62,833 nt of DNA from a virus (taxonomy: Duplodnaviria > Caudoviricetes): positions 1-62,833 of IMG/VR virus record IMGVR_UViG_3300033144_005983. The stretch is one strand, 5' to 3'. Under the pieces are notes generated by a model. The model made no database searches and had not been told where the DNA came from. It was given only the letters and a program-made list of their open reading frames with translations. Below, piece after piece: positions 37,824 to 46,815 of the stretch (positions are counted from its first letter, which is position 1; each line of letters begins with the position of its first letter). Made by a program: the position numbers and the translations under genes.

Positions 37824-38029
37824 TATTTATTATTTTCCAGTTGTTCTTTAAATTCGTAATGATTAATCTCATTAACTATCTTTCTTTCTGCTTCATACTT
37901 TTCCGCTTCAATAATAAATTTATCAGGATCTAACGGAATATGATAATCTTCAGGAAGTTTTGGTTGTGCTACTTTTGTAGCTTTTATTACATACTTACCA
38001 GGCTGTCCTCGTACAGTTTGTTTACTCAT
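37823..38029 (-). CDS. Hypothetical protein
   Basis: 68-aa ORF with coupled stop/start. Confidence 0.6.
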   Translation of the reverse strand: MSKQTVRGQPGKYVIKATKVAQPKLPEDYHIPLDPDKFIIEAEKYEAERKIVNEINHYEFKEQLENNK

Positions 38030-38051
38030 AGGGCTTACTATTTATAAAATT

Positions 38052-38090
38052 AAAAAATATATACCCGTCCCATTAACTGAGACAGGTATA
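38052..38090 (-). terminator. Intrinsic terminator-like hairpin
   Basis: TATACCTGTCTC/GGGACGGGTATA stem (G-U pairs on the minus strand) followed by T6. Confidence 0.55.
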
Positions 38091-38126
38091 CTTAAAACAC
38101 ACACACTTTTAAAAATACATTTAAGG

Positions 38127-39341
38127 TCATACAATTATATCATCTAATGAATCAACCCAATGCACATTGGGATCATTCAGGCATCTTTTCCTGACCCATT
38201 TGACTTCTTGTGAACCTTTTACAAAGAGATTTATATATAAGGAGATCTTCCCTTCTTGCAACCTTAATGTTCTACCTGTCCGTTGAATATTATCCAACTT
38301 CATAGAACTTCCAGCTGCACATATGCCAAGAGAACACTCTGGCACATTTAAACCTTGATTTAAGGCTTTTACAGAACTGATTACTCTCGCTTTCGTTCTG
38401 TTGTCTCCAAATCTCTGTAAAGTTTCCTCTCTCTGTTTTTTAGACATCTTAGAATGAAATGTAACACATTCATCACCTATTCTGTCCTGAAGTTTTTGAG
38501 CAAACTCAATTGATTCACTAAATACTAGGGCCTTTCTATCTACAAATTTACGCAAAATCTGATCAGTAATCACTAATTTATTAGACGCATTATAACATAA
38601 TTTCTTACGCTTTTGCATCATTGCATAAAACATATTTGCCCATTTAGCCTGCTCCTTATCAGAAGAATTCTTCCATTTAGTAGCATTAGTAAAAGCAGTC
38701 CATTGACCACCTAATTTTACTGTACATAGCTTAAAAAGATTATCTACTCTATCATACTCAATCTTTTCAGCAGGTGTAAAATTTAATCCTACATTATATA
38801 TAATATAAGGAGAAACAAGTCCCATTTTAACAGCAGACTTTAGATCAGTTTGAGAGCATACAGGAGCTATCTCTTTTAGAAATTTCCTATATTCAACATT
38901 CTCTGGTGGAGTAGCTGTTAAGCACATTAAGTTATCCCAAGAATTGTTATCATAAAACTTACCATATTCCCCTGAAAGAGTAGTATGAGCTTCATCAACA
39001 ACAACAATATCATAATGCCTATTTGTTAACTTATAAGCTGAATGAATACACATTATCACTACATCCTTAAGGTAAGGTTTCATTTTCCATTTAGTAAACT
39101 CTTTGGGCCATTCATTATCCCTTAAATTCTCATTAGGAACAATAATAAGAGCACTACGTGTACTTTTATTTTTAAAGACATGCTCTATTGCCATTAAACC
39201 TATTCGGGTCTTACCTAAACCTGTAGCTGCTATACAACTACCTGTTCCACCATTTTGAACCCAAGAATTTAAATGGCGCTTTTGTTCTAGAGTCTTTTCC
39301 ATAGCTCCAATATCAAACTTAGTTTTTTTAAATTCTATCAT
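38127..39341 (-). CDS. SF2 helicase (UvsW/XPB-like)
   Basis: ATGLGKT, VVDEAH, LTATP, QGLNVP, IQRTGRTLR. Confidence 0.92.
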   Translation of the reverse strand: MIEFKKTKFDIGAMEKTLEQKRHLNSWVQNGGTGSCIAATGLGKTRIGLMAIEHVFKNKSTRSALIIVPNENLRDNEWPKEFTKWKMKPYLKDVVIMCIHSAYKLTNRHYDIVVVDEAHTTLSGEYGKFYDNNSWDNLMCLTATPPENVEYRKFLKEIAPVCSQTDLKSAVKMGLVSPYIIYNVGLNFTPAEKIEYDRVDNLFKLCTVKLGGQWTAFTNATKWKNSSDKEQAKWANMFYAMMQKRKKLCYNASNKLVITDQILRKFVDRKALVFSESIEFAQKLQDRIGDECVTFHSKMSKKQREETLQRFGDNRTKARVISSVKALNQGLNVPECSLGICAAGSSMKLDNIQRTGRTLRLQEGKISLYINLFVKGSQEVKWVRKRCLNDPNVHWVDSLDDIIV

Positions 39342-39345
39342 AATA

Positions 39346-39633
39346 CTATTTATTTAATTTCTCAATATTGTGTTCAATTAAAATAAACCAATGGATAGCT
39401 TTCTTATGTAGAGCATCTGCTCTATCAAAAGTATCCTTTAGATTATTTTTTAATAACGCATCAATAAAATGACCAGGGTATAAATGAACCCCGTCTCGGG
39501 CTAATAGTAATGTCTTTCCTGTTTCTATAAGTTTTTCACAATCAGTATTATCTAGATCATCAAATCCTATAACTGCAGTCTCCCCATTAGACCAAAAATG
39601 TTCTCTTATAATTTTATCAACAAACTTTGCCAT
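39346..39633 (-). CDS. Hypothetical phage protein (start re-called at MAKFV)
   Basis: PGHFIDALLKNNL..RAD; the longer upstream start in the track overlaps the preceding ORF. Confidence 0.65.
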   Translation of the reverse strand: MAKFVDKIIREHFWSNGETAVIGFDDLDNTDCEKLIETGKTLLLARDGVHLYPGHFIDALLKNNLKDTFDRADALHKKAIHWFILIEHNIEKLNK

Positions 39634-39805
39634 CAATATAAACTTTTCCGTCTTTATCATCTTTATCATTTTTATTGTCAATCCAATCATGAAAACTTTT
39701 TCCATGTTTATTACGGATAGTTTCTTCAAGTCTCTTTAGAGACTCATCATTTACAGGCCATCCTCTTTCCTGTATTTCTTCTATTGCTCTCTTTATGTAA
39801 CTCAT
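39617..39805 (-). CDS. Hypothetical protein
   Basis: 62-aa ORF with A-rich leader. Confidence 0.6.
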   Translation of the reverse strand: MSYIKRAIEEIQERGWPVNDESLKRLEETIRNKHGKSFHDWIDNKNDKDDKDGKVYIDGKVC

Positions 39806-39985
39806 TTTTTTAGGTTTTTAAATACGATTTAAATTTTTTATATAATGAAGTGCAGGAGGACCACAGCATGGGCCCTCCCTCTTTCTATTGTTTGGAAAGA
39901 ATCTCGTTAACATTAACAAACAATAGACTATCACTTCTGTTGCACACACGCAACTAAATCTATATACCACAAAAAATTTAAGAAA

Positions 39986-40210
39986 CTAACGATTACGAAT
40001 ACTCCTTTTTTTACGGCCTTCGTCTCCATAATATCTTAAAATATATTGTGCATATACTGTTGTAATAGTTAATTTTTGAAATTCAAATTTAGTTCTACCT
40101 TGTGTCAAGGCTTCATCTAAAATAGTTCTCAAATTTATAAGACTATTTGGTGTAAGAGTAAGATTATGAAGTCCTCCAAAACTCTTATTTGCTGACATTC
40201 CGTTTGACAT
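39986..40210 (-). CDS. Hypothetical protein
   Basis: 74-aa ORF. Confidence 0.55.
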   Translation of the reverse strand: MSNGMSANKSFGGLHNLTLTPNSLINLRTILDEALTQGRTKFEFQKLTITTVYAQYILRYYGDEGRKKRSIRNR

Positions 40211-40300
40211 ACTCTTCCATTTTGTAAGGATTAACTAAATACATCCAAAACTTGCTATTAAACCAAGTTTCACACTTATAATAAATACTAATTAGTTTTC

Positions 40301-40555
40301 TCATCTTTTTTTTTCTACAAAACCAACATTAACATAATCAACTATTTCAAGAGTATACTCTCCATCTGCATCTTTATACTTTTTATGTATAGATCCGTCA
40401 GTATCTTGAGTATCATAATCTTTAATAAGTATAACACATCCTTTTGGACATTTGTCTACTGTGGCCATTCCGCCTTTAACTGATATTTGAATAATTTTAT
40501 CCATATAGTCTAAATAAAATACTTGCTTTTTTCCTTTTCTTGCCACTTCTACCAT
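40301..40555 (-). CDS. Hypothetical protein
   Basis: IQISVKGG..VILIKDYD; 84 aa. Confidence 0.6.
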   Translation of the reverse strand: MVEVARKGKKQVFYLDYMDKIIQISVKGGMATVDKCPKGCVILIKDYDTQDTDGSIHKKYKDADGEYTLEIVDYVNVGFVEKKR

Positions 40556-41181
40556 ATCTCAAAGCCACCACAATTTCGCAAAAATCTAACAAATTCCCTA
40601 ATATGAGAAAGGTATACCGAATGTGCAGGCTCTATAAGAACATACTCATCTTTAGGATCTTCTATTAAATAAGGCTTTGTTCCATATACTCCTTGACTCT
40701 TTAAATAATGTATTGCTTTTTTATACTTACCATTTCTCTCTTCTTCAGTTACAAACTCACTACCTCCAGTTCCTAAAGCTGTATTATCTACACCTTTTAT
40801 TTTACAATACATTCCTCCCTCTAAATATACTTTACCAATTCCTTGAGCTTCAAAGACTTTCATTTCATCTTCAATCCCATCAGCTAGTTTAGTACACTCT
40901 TCTTGAGTATCAAGTCCTGCTCCACTATTATTATCCCAATTATGCATATTAAGCTTTAAGTCACATACAGAATCAACTATAACACACATAGCATGCATAG
41001 GTCTCCACGCCCATACATTAGCTCTAAAATATTGCCCAGGTTCTACTTCTTCTCTGTATTTATCCCGAGCTTTCAAATAGATACCCCAATCTTCATCACT
41101 TGCCTCATCTAAAGGCCGAGTTGGTTCTATACTATCTACAATAAGTTTAAATGGTTTAATACCATATATATCCATACCCAT
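40549..41181 (-). CDS. Hypothetical phage protein
   Basis: MGMDIYG..YFRANVWAWRP..FLRNCGGFEIW. Confidence 0.8.
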   Translation of the reverse strand: MGMDIYGIKPFKLIVDSIEPTRPLDEASDEDWGIYLKARDKYREEVEPGQYFRANVWAWRPMHAMCVIVDSVCDLKLNMHNWDNNSGAGLDTQEECTKLADGIEDEMKVFEAQGIGKVYLEGGMYCKIKGVDNTALGTGGSEFVTEEERNGKYKKAIHYLKSQGVYGTKPYLIEDPKDEYVLIEPAHSVYLSHIREFVRFLRNCGGFEIW

Positions 41182-41183
41182 TA

Positions 41184-41678
41184 CTAAACTTTTAATTTAC
41201 TTTCCTGACGTTCAATAATTTTCATAATTTTAATCTGTTCAGTAGTATTATGTTTCTTAACTTCTTGATAAACATTAGTTAATATACTTAAAAACACAAT
41301 ATTGTCTAATTTATCTAATCTTACAGTTTTAGATAAATTAACCTTTTGTCCTTTTCCTACATCACCTCCTCCTATCTTATGTCTTAACATACCTAGGTTT
41401 TTAGTAAATGCTTCAGGATCTTGAGACCCACATAAAGTTTCTAATAAAGATTGAGCTGTTCCTCCTTCAGGATCTATATTTTCTCTAATAGCTTCAGGAT
41501 ATTCCACTTCAAACATCACTTTAATCTTTACTTGTGCATCTTTATTCTCTAATGCAAGTTTTGCAATCTCATCTATACTTTCTAAATAACCATTTTGATC
41601 ATTAAGATCTTCAATCTTACTTTTAAGATTGTCAGAAAATGATTTAAGTTTTTCTAATCTATTGACTAAGTTCTCCAT
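41184..41678 (-). CDS. Hypothetical protein
   Basis: 164-aa ORF. Confidence 0.7.
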   Translation of the reverse strand: MENLVNRLEKLKSFSDNLKSKIEDLNDQNGYLESIDEIAKLALENKDAQVKIKVMFEVEYPEAIRENIDPEGGTAQSLLETLCGSQDPEAFTKNLGMLRHKIGGGDVGKGQKVNLSKTVRLDKLDNIVFLSILTNVYQEVKKHNTTEQIKIMKIIERQESKLKV

Positions 41679-41728
41679 TTTTATAGTTTTAGTTTTATAA
41701 GTTACTTAATAAATAATAACATTAACAA

Positions 41729-42028
41729 TTAAAAATCATCAATATTATCACCTTTTATTTTAAATTTATTTCGCATATCATCTACCATTTTTCGGTACAT
41801 CACAGCATGTGCATCATATCCTCCCATTAATATTCCTATTATTAAGATTTCAGATGCATTTTTAGGCTTAATTACTTCAAGAAGTTTCTCTACTCCCATA
41901 GATTTAGTTCCTATTTTGGATACAGAAGTAATATTTTTCTTGAACATATCTTGAATTTCTTCAAATCTTTCCAATGGTACTCCTAGAGCCCCAAAATAAA
42001 AATCACTTTTATGATTAAACTTTATCAT
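41729..42028 (-). CDS. Hypothetical protein
   Basis: 99-aa ORF. Confidence 0.7.
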   Translation of the reverse strand: MIKFNHKSDFYFGALGVPLERFEEIQDMFKKNITSVSKIGTKSMGVEKLLEVIKPKNASEILIIGILMGGYDAHAVMYRKMVDDMRNKFKIKGDNIDDF

Positions 42029-42049
42029 ACTTATTTCAATTTAAAAAAA

Positions 42050-42235
42050 ACACATGAAGATTATCTTTTACACTTAAAAGCGGTTTAGAAGTCCTCTCGA
42101 GTTAAAACAGAGGATCAGGGAGCTCACAAACAGATTCTGTATACAAAATCAAGTAACCCAGTTACTCGTGGAAGCTATAATCGTGTGATTCCTACTAGGA
42201 GTCTATGTTGTCTTAAGAGATAATCGTTCACGTGT
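42050..42235 (-). ncRNA. Candidate ~185-nt structured RNA closed by a long terminal stem
   Basis: ACACGTGAA..ATTATCT / AGATAAT.TTCATGTGT terminal pairing, internal hairpins, U8 tail, no ORF. Confidence 0.5.
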
Positions 42236-42250
42236 AATTTACTAATTATT

Positions 42251-42355
42251 TTAAAACAATCCTACATGATCTAGTATAACAACTATCGTAAAGATACCCA
42301 TCATAACCACAAATAATGCAGAACCTGTTTCAAACCATTCTATTAATTGTTTCAT
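42251..42355 (-). CDS. 34-aa membrane peptide
   Basis: MKQLIEWFETGSALFVVMMGIFTIVVILDHVGLF; ATGA overlap with the upstream gene. Confidence 0.5.
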   Translation of the reverse strand: MKQLIEWFETGSALFVVMMGIFTIVVILDHVGLF

Positions 42356-42627
42356 AATCGTATTATTTCATCATCAATATAACCCCAGGATGGACCTTTC
42401 ATAATCCAACTAATATGCTCTCCATTTCTGGCTCTTTCCGCATACTTTGAAGTCCTTGTCTTGTTTTGCTCCATAACCATAGGACCACCATCTAATTTGA
42501 CAGCTCTACAGGAATTCACACGTTTCATTATATTATACTTCTTCCCTCCAATTATTACAGACGTTCTATCTGAATGGAGAGCATTATGGACTGTTTTAAA
42601 GTCCGCCATACTATATTTACCTATCAT
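42352..42627 (-). CDS. Hypothetical protein
   Basis: 91-aa ORF. Confidence 0.7.
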   Translation of the reverse strand: MIGKYSMADFKTVHNALHSDRTSVIIGGKKYNIMKRVNSCRAVKLDGGPMVMEQNKTRTSKYAERARNGEHISWIMKGPSWGYIDDEIIRL

Positions 42628-42630
42628 ATT

Positions 42631-43074
42631 TTATAGTTTTATATCAAATCTATCCTTTTGTTTCTCTACTATATCAGTAGATATTCCATGCAAAGAATTA
42701 GATTGATGTCGGTTTTCAATAATAATATGTGTTACTTTATAACCATATTTAACTGCAAGCATCTCATACGCTTTAAATTCCCAAGCTCTTGTAAAAGTAT
42801 TATGAATCATAATCAATGCACTTACCTTAAGATCATGAGCTTTTAACATATTATGCTCGCATTTGTCTTCACAATATTTATGAGCTTCATTTAACTGAAA
42901 GGCATCAAACTTATATATACCTTTATCATCAGTAAAATAATCATCAGCACATATATTTGTAATAATACTTCCTTCTTTATGTGGACCATCAATTCCAAAG
43001 TTTGCCAACATATTTACAAATGTTGTCTTACCTGCACCTGATGCACCTCTAACTAAAATAAGTTCCTTTTTCAT
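42631..43074 (-). CDS. P-loop kinase (AAA_33 / polynucleotide-kinase-like)
   Basis: LVRGASGAGKTT, ICADDYF, AHKYC, HNTF..WE, HG.....VEKQ..RF. Confidence 0.85.
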   Translation of the reverse strand: MKKELILVRGASGAGKTTFVNMLANFGIDGPHKEGSIITNICADDYFTDDKGIYKFDAFQLNEAHKYCEDKCEHNMLKAHDLKVSALIMIHNTFTRAWEFKAYEMLAVKYGYKVTHIIIENRHQSNSLHGISTDIVEKQKDRFDIKL

Positions 43075-43141
43075 TTCAAATAATTTAACAAGTAATAAAA
43101 AAAAATAAAAGCAACATAATAATTACATTGCCTTTATTTAC

Positions 43142-43762
43142 TTAAACATAAATCCATAAAAGGACATTTTTACGATTCTTAAGAACCTTATCTAAATGCT
43201 TCATGTATTCATTTGATACCGCAGGACATCCATAGCCTTTAACGATTTCCCTTCTAGATCTGCCACTTTGACTAGGTATAGCACTCCACGAGTGTAATAC
43301 TATATTCCTTTCTTTTGCATTACTATTAGTTCGATCAAGACCATGAAGAATATACTTAATGTTTATTCCCCAATTAGACCATCCTCTAGATCCAACTTTA
43401 TACTTCCCTAAAGAAGATAAATGAGATCCTTCTACATTACTAAACATAATTTTATTAGTAGATGTTAATCCCATTCCATGACATACTAATCCTCTAGATA
43501 TAGGTTTACCTGATTGTAAATCAACTACCTTCATTCTAGGCCATTTAGATGACATTTTAAAATTGATTAAGATACAAACAGTTGTATCCATCTTATTGTC
43601 TTTAGCGTACTTTAAAGCCATACTGGCTTTAGTTGGTTTCACATCTGGTAAAATTTCTGAAGTTCTACTACAAGATGTAAATGATAATACCCATAGTATA
43701 AATATTGTAGCTATTACACTAAATACTACAGGAGTAATTAATATTTCAATTATCTTTTTCAT
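43142..43762 (-). CDS. Murein L,D-transpeptidase (YkuD-like), membrane-anchored
   Basis: N-terminal TM segment and FTSC possible lipobox; VCHG.G, FSN..GS..SSLG.Y, LHGLD.TNSNA..RNIVLH, GYGCPAV. Confidence 0.85.
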   Translation of the reverse strand: MKKIIEILITPVVFSVIATIFILWVLSFTSCSRTSEILPDVKPTKASMALKYAKDNKMDTTVCILINFKMSSKWPRMKVVDLQSGKPISRGLVCHGMGLTSTNKIMFSNVEGSHLSSLGKYKVGSRGWSNWGINIKYILHGLDRTNSNAKERNIVLHSWSAIPSQSGRSRREIVKGYGCPAVSNEYMKHLDKVLKNRKNVLLWIYV

Positions 43763-43871
43763 TTTTTTATCGGTTTAAAAGATTAACAAAATAAAAAGAT
43801 TATAGAGCCTAAGTTAAATTAACCATAGGAGAGGTTTTAACCTAGCTCTATATATCTTTAAAAACTACAAT

Positions 43872-44405
43872 CTAGCCATTAAAACCTGCAGCTGACTCTG
43901 CTTCCACAGATGCTTCAAGTTTAATATCAGGTGTAGTTTCAGAACTGGTAGCTTCACTCATTAAAGTGTGACCCGCTCTGCTGAACAACTGGACGATGTT
44001 CTCACCTTTCAATGCAACGCAAGTATAAGAAGTAACTTCCCTTTCAGTACCATCCTGAGATGTTACAGCGTAAGCTTCAACTTCTTTTGTTACTATTGCA
44101 CCAGGTAATGCCTTACCAACATAATTTTTGATCATTGAAGGATCTCCTCCTTTCCAGATAGAGTTTCCATTACTATCAAACTGTTGACTGATTACTCTGA
44201 ATCTAGTAGATTGAAATGGATTATCCAAATCTTGGAAAATAGCAAGGTAATACTTTCTACCATCGCTTGTCTCATTGATCTTGCCATTAAGGCCTTTAAT
44301 ACCAGTAGTATCAGAGTCATCTAATACTGTAGCATTTGGATTGCTCGAAAGAGTAATCCCTACCAACTTAATTTGTTGGCCCTCATTTACGAATTCTGCA
44401 CTCAT
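43872..44405 (-). CDS. Hypothetical early protein
   Basis: 177-aa ORF, beta-rich, acidic tail. Confidence 0.8.
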   Translation of the reverse strand: MSAEFVNEGQQIKLVGITLSSNPNATVLDDSDTTGIKGLNGKINETSDGRKYYLAIFQDLDNPFQSTRFRVISQQFDSNGNSIWKGGDPSMIKNYVGKALPGAIVTKEVEAYAVTSQDGTEREVTSYTCVALKGENIVQLFSRAGHTLMSEATSSETTPDIKLEASVEAESAAGFNG

Positions 44406-44563
44406 AATTTAAGAATTTAAAAATTAAAAAATATAAAAAGAAGTTATTAGTATGCATACGCATAGTCTATCTCACCACATAAAGGTTAACTCCATGAGAT
44501 AGATTTCAGGGATAATAAAATCCCTAGGTATTTCAACCTATTCTTGAATGTAACAAATCAATT

Positions 44564-44839
44564 TCATTCTGGAAGTGGAAGTCCCATCTCTACACAATCT
44601 GTAACGTTTTTAGGTACACCAAAGAAATTAAACTTTAAAGCTATTTCTGCTAAAGTCAATCCTTCTGCGTAGTAATCTCGTGCCAGATAATCAGTCCTAT
44701 TGGATTTCCATTCGATTAACTGTTGGTCAGCGTCTTCGATATCATGATCATATATTTGGTAAAAATACTCACCTAATGGGCGATCATACCCATATACAAA
44801 TTCTAAATTGCCCTTATGTATAGTATATCTACTCATCAT
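44564..44839 (-). CDS. Hypothetical phage protein
   Basis: VYGYDRPLGEYFYQIYD motif. Confidence 0.7.
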   Translation of the reverse strand: MMSRYTIHKGNLEFVYGYDRPLGEYFYQIYDHDIEDADQQLIEWKSNRTDYLARDYYAEGLTLAEIALKFNFFGVPKNVTDCVEMGLPLPE

Positions 44840-45143
44840 TCATATTCTTTTTAGCCTGAGCATACTTGATTGGAAGCGCTAATTCTGGATTCCATGGATG
44901 TTTAAGTAATCCTTCTTCTTCGGATGTATCTTCAGCTTGCATTAAAAGAATAGCTTCATGATCAAGTCCCCATAGAACTTCATCATGTGATAATGTTATA
45001 GCACGTGCTAAATCTATATCAGGGTTATTTTTTACTATAATAAGTGCTAGTAACACTACTTCAGGTGCTAATTTATATTTGGATGCTTCTTTAAGCACAC
45101 CAATAACAACTGATAAAGGATCTATTTCTTCGAGTTCTTTCAT
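44829..45143 (-). CDS. Hypothetical protein
   Basis: 104-aa ORF. Confidence 0.7.
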   Translation of the reverse strand: MKELEEIDPLSVVIGVLKEASKYKLAPEVVLLALIIVKNNPDIDLARAITLSHDEVLWGLDHEAILLMQAEDTSEEEGLLKHPWNPELALPIKYAQAKKNMNDE

Positions 45144-45174
45144 TTCATCGGTTTTAAAGGTAAAAAAATAAAAA

Positions 45175-45865
45175 GTGATAGGTATAGCTTGAGATTACAG
45201 CCCTATCTGGTCAGTCTTTAGTTAGCTTATTTCCATCCTGTCAAGGTGGTTACTAACATATCCACTCTGTTTGCACAAAGTAACTGCCAATGGCGATTGG
45301 TAAAGCCAATCATTCTTAACGTCATCACCTACTCAAATCATAATAAGTTCAATTATAGGACGGCCATCCCATTATTGACCTTTCTGATCCAAACAACAGC
45401 TACCTTGCGAGTAACTGAAGCACTATGTTCACCGAAGTGCATAGTATTAGCCATCTTTCGATGAATAACGCCAAAGTAATTTTGCTCTCTTTTTGAAAGA
45501 CTTCCCAATTGAATAACAGCTCCTTTGGATAAGCTCCATTCTCTTTTGAAGAACAGAATACTTAACTGTTATTTGTAATGCTATCAACATCACGGTACAG
45601 AGTTATACTCAAGAGCATATCGTTGTACTGAAGTGTACTCCTCCTAGACTGATAAAATCTGATCGGAACCACCCCTTGCAAGCTTACCTATTGTCATCGC
45701 TGACTCAACTCTGATTGGGCATCAGAATAGAAACGCTAAGGATTTCCCCATTGTTTCCGTCACTTGGATGTTTAGATTGACCATATTGCTATGGCAACAA
45801 AGAAAGAGCTCTATAACCCTTGCAGTGTCTTTATACTCTATTGCTAGAGTTATCGCGCTAAACCG
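45175..45865 (-). ncRNA. Large ornate structured RNA, GOLLD-like (~690 nt)
   Basis: No credible ORF. Many minus-strand tetraloop hairpins: ACUCUA-GCAA-UAGAGU, CCAUA-GCAA-UAUGG, CAUC-GAAA-GAUG, CAC-UUCG-GUG, ACUUUGU-GCAA-ACAGAGU. The 3' end GCUGUAAUCUCAAGC resembles GOLLD 3' ends as I recall them, and is followed by a U-run. Adjacent to a tRNA-like gene. Confidence 0.7.
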
Positions 45866-45870
45866 CGTAG

Positions 45871-45950
45871 TGGAGATGGATGGAATCGAACCATCGTCTT
45901 GAATGTGCTCATAATAAGCCCTGCATTCAGTCAATGCCTGAATCATCCCC
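45871..45950 (-). ncRNA. ssrA: Minimal tmRNA: tRNA-like domain only, no mRNA-like/tag domain
   Basis: GGGGAUG/CAUCUCC acceptor stem with G3-U70 and A73; stemless D-loop AUUCAGGCAUUGAC; helix UGAAUG/CAUUCA; GAC; T-arm GAUGG-UUCGAUU-CCAUC. Confidence 0.8.
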
Positions 45951-46288
45951 ATAATTTATAAAGTTACGATATTGTAACTTACATTCCTATATGATAAAGA
46001 TAAGAATATTCAGTGCATCCTCTAGAAGATACAACTGAACATACCTTACCTATAAAAAGATAGCCCACGGAGCTTATGTCTAATGCATCAGACATTACTT
46101 CAATGTGCAGAGTGTCCCAGGATTACGCAACTGCATTCCTATTCCCCTTTTGTTTGGCTTTAATGATATTTGACTGTGCAAATACCAAAACCTTTCTATT
46201 ATTATAAACAAAAGCACTCTCTTTTTACTGTATACCTGGTCGTCATACCATATCGACCAAAGGTAATTGCTAATACTGTTAACAATAA

Positions 46289-46338
46289 CGCCAGTAGCTT
46301 ACTGGATAGTTACGAGGTTTTCGAAATCGTAACAATAC
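46289..46338. repeat. 50-nt double-hairpin motif, copy 1
   Basis: Second copy at 48744-48793; three compensatory base-pair changes. Confidence 0.85.
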
Positions 46339-46507
46339 GTTTTCAATCTTAAGGCGATTGAATAAATTTTCTAGTCTCCGTCTTTTCATACTCATGCTAA
46401 AACCTTATTGTATGTAACGCTTTACATAAATATATCTTCGTTCTCTCATCAATACAATGAGCTTTTTTAAAAGATATAACCTAGACAATGTAAACAGAGC
46501 AACTTGA

Positions 46508-46624
46508 TTACATTCCTTGACTTGCTCCATATAAAAATAAAGCAAGTATAGTTATTGGGTTAGCTATCACAAATAATGTAATAACTACTACCCAATACAA
46601 ATACTTATTTCTAATCTTGATCAT
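46508..46624 (-). CDS. 38-aa membrane peptide
   Basis: MIKIRNKYLYWVVVITLFVIANPITILALFLYGASQGM; ATGA overlap. Confidence 0.5.
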   Translation of the reverse strand: MIKIRNKYLYWVVVITLFVIANPITILALFLYGASQGM

Positions 46625-46815
46625 ATCTTTATTCTCTTAGATGGTGACTTTTCTATTTCTAGTTGCCAACATAAAAATGGTAAAATAAAAATAAATTCAA
46701 GATCTCTAGGATCTTTTTGGAAACATATTCCAAAAGCTAATCCCCAATAAAACTCTCTTTTAAGAGTAATCTGTCTATTATTAATAGACGCATTTATTAC
46801 AGTTTTCTGACTCAT
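46621..46815 (-). CDS. Hypothetical protein
   Basis: 64-aa ORF with ATGA overlaps on both sides. Confidence 0.6.
   Translation of the reverse strand: MSQKTVINASINNRQITLKREFYWGLAFGICFQKDPRDLEFIFILPFLCWQLEIEKSPSKRIKI

Noticed and set aside
45871-45950. Canonical tRNA or ochre suppressor (UUA in the capping loop)
   Set aside because: No D-stem, the central arm is too long and interrupted, and the base 5' of UUA is A rather than the invariant U33; tmRNA termini fit better
45246-45952. ORFs 45246-45464 (+) and 45722-45952 (-)
   Set aside because: They overlap the tetraloop-rich RNA and the tmRNA-like gene, have atypical composition and no recognisable motifs
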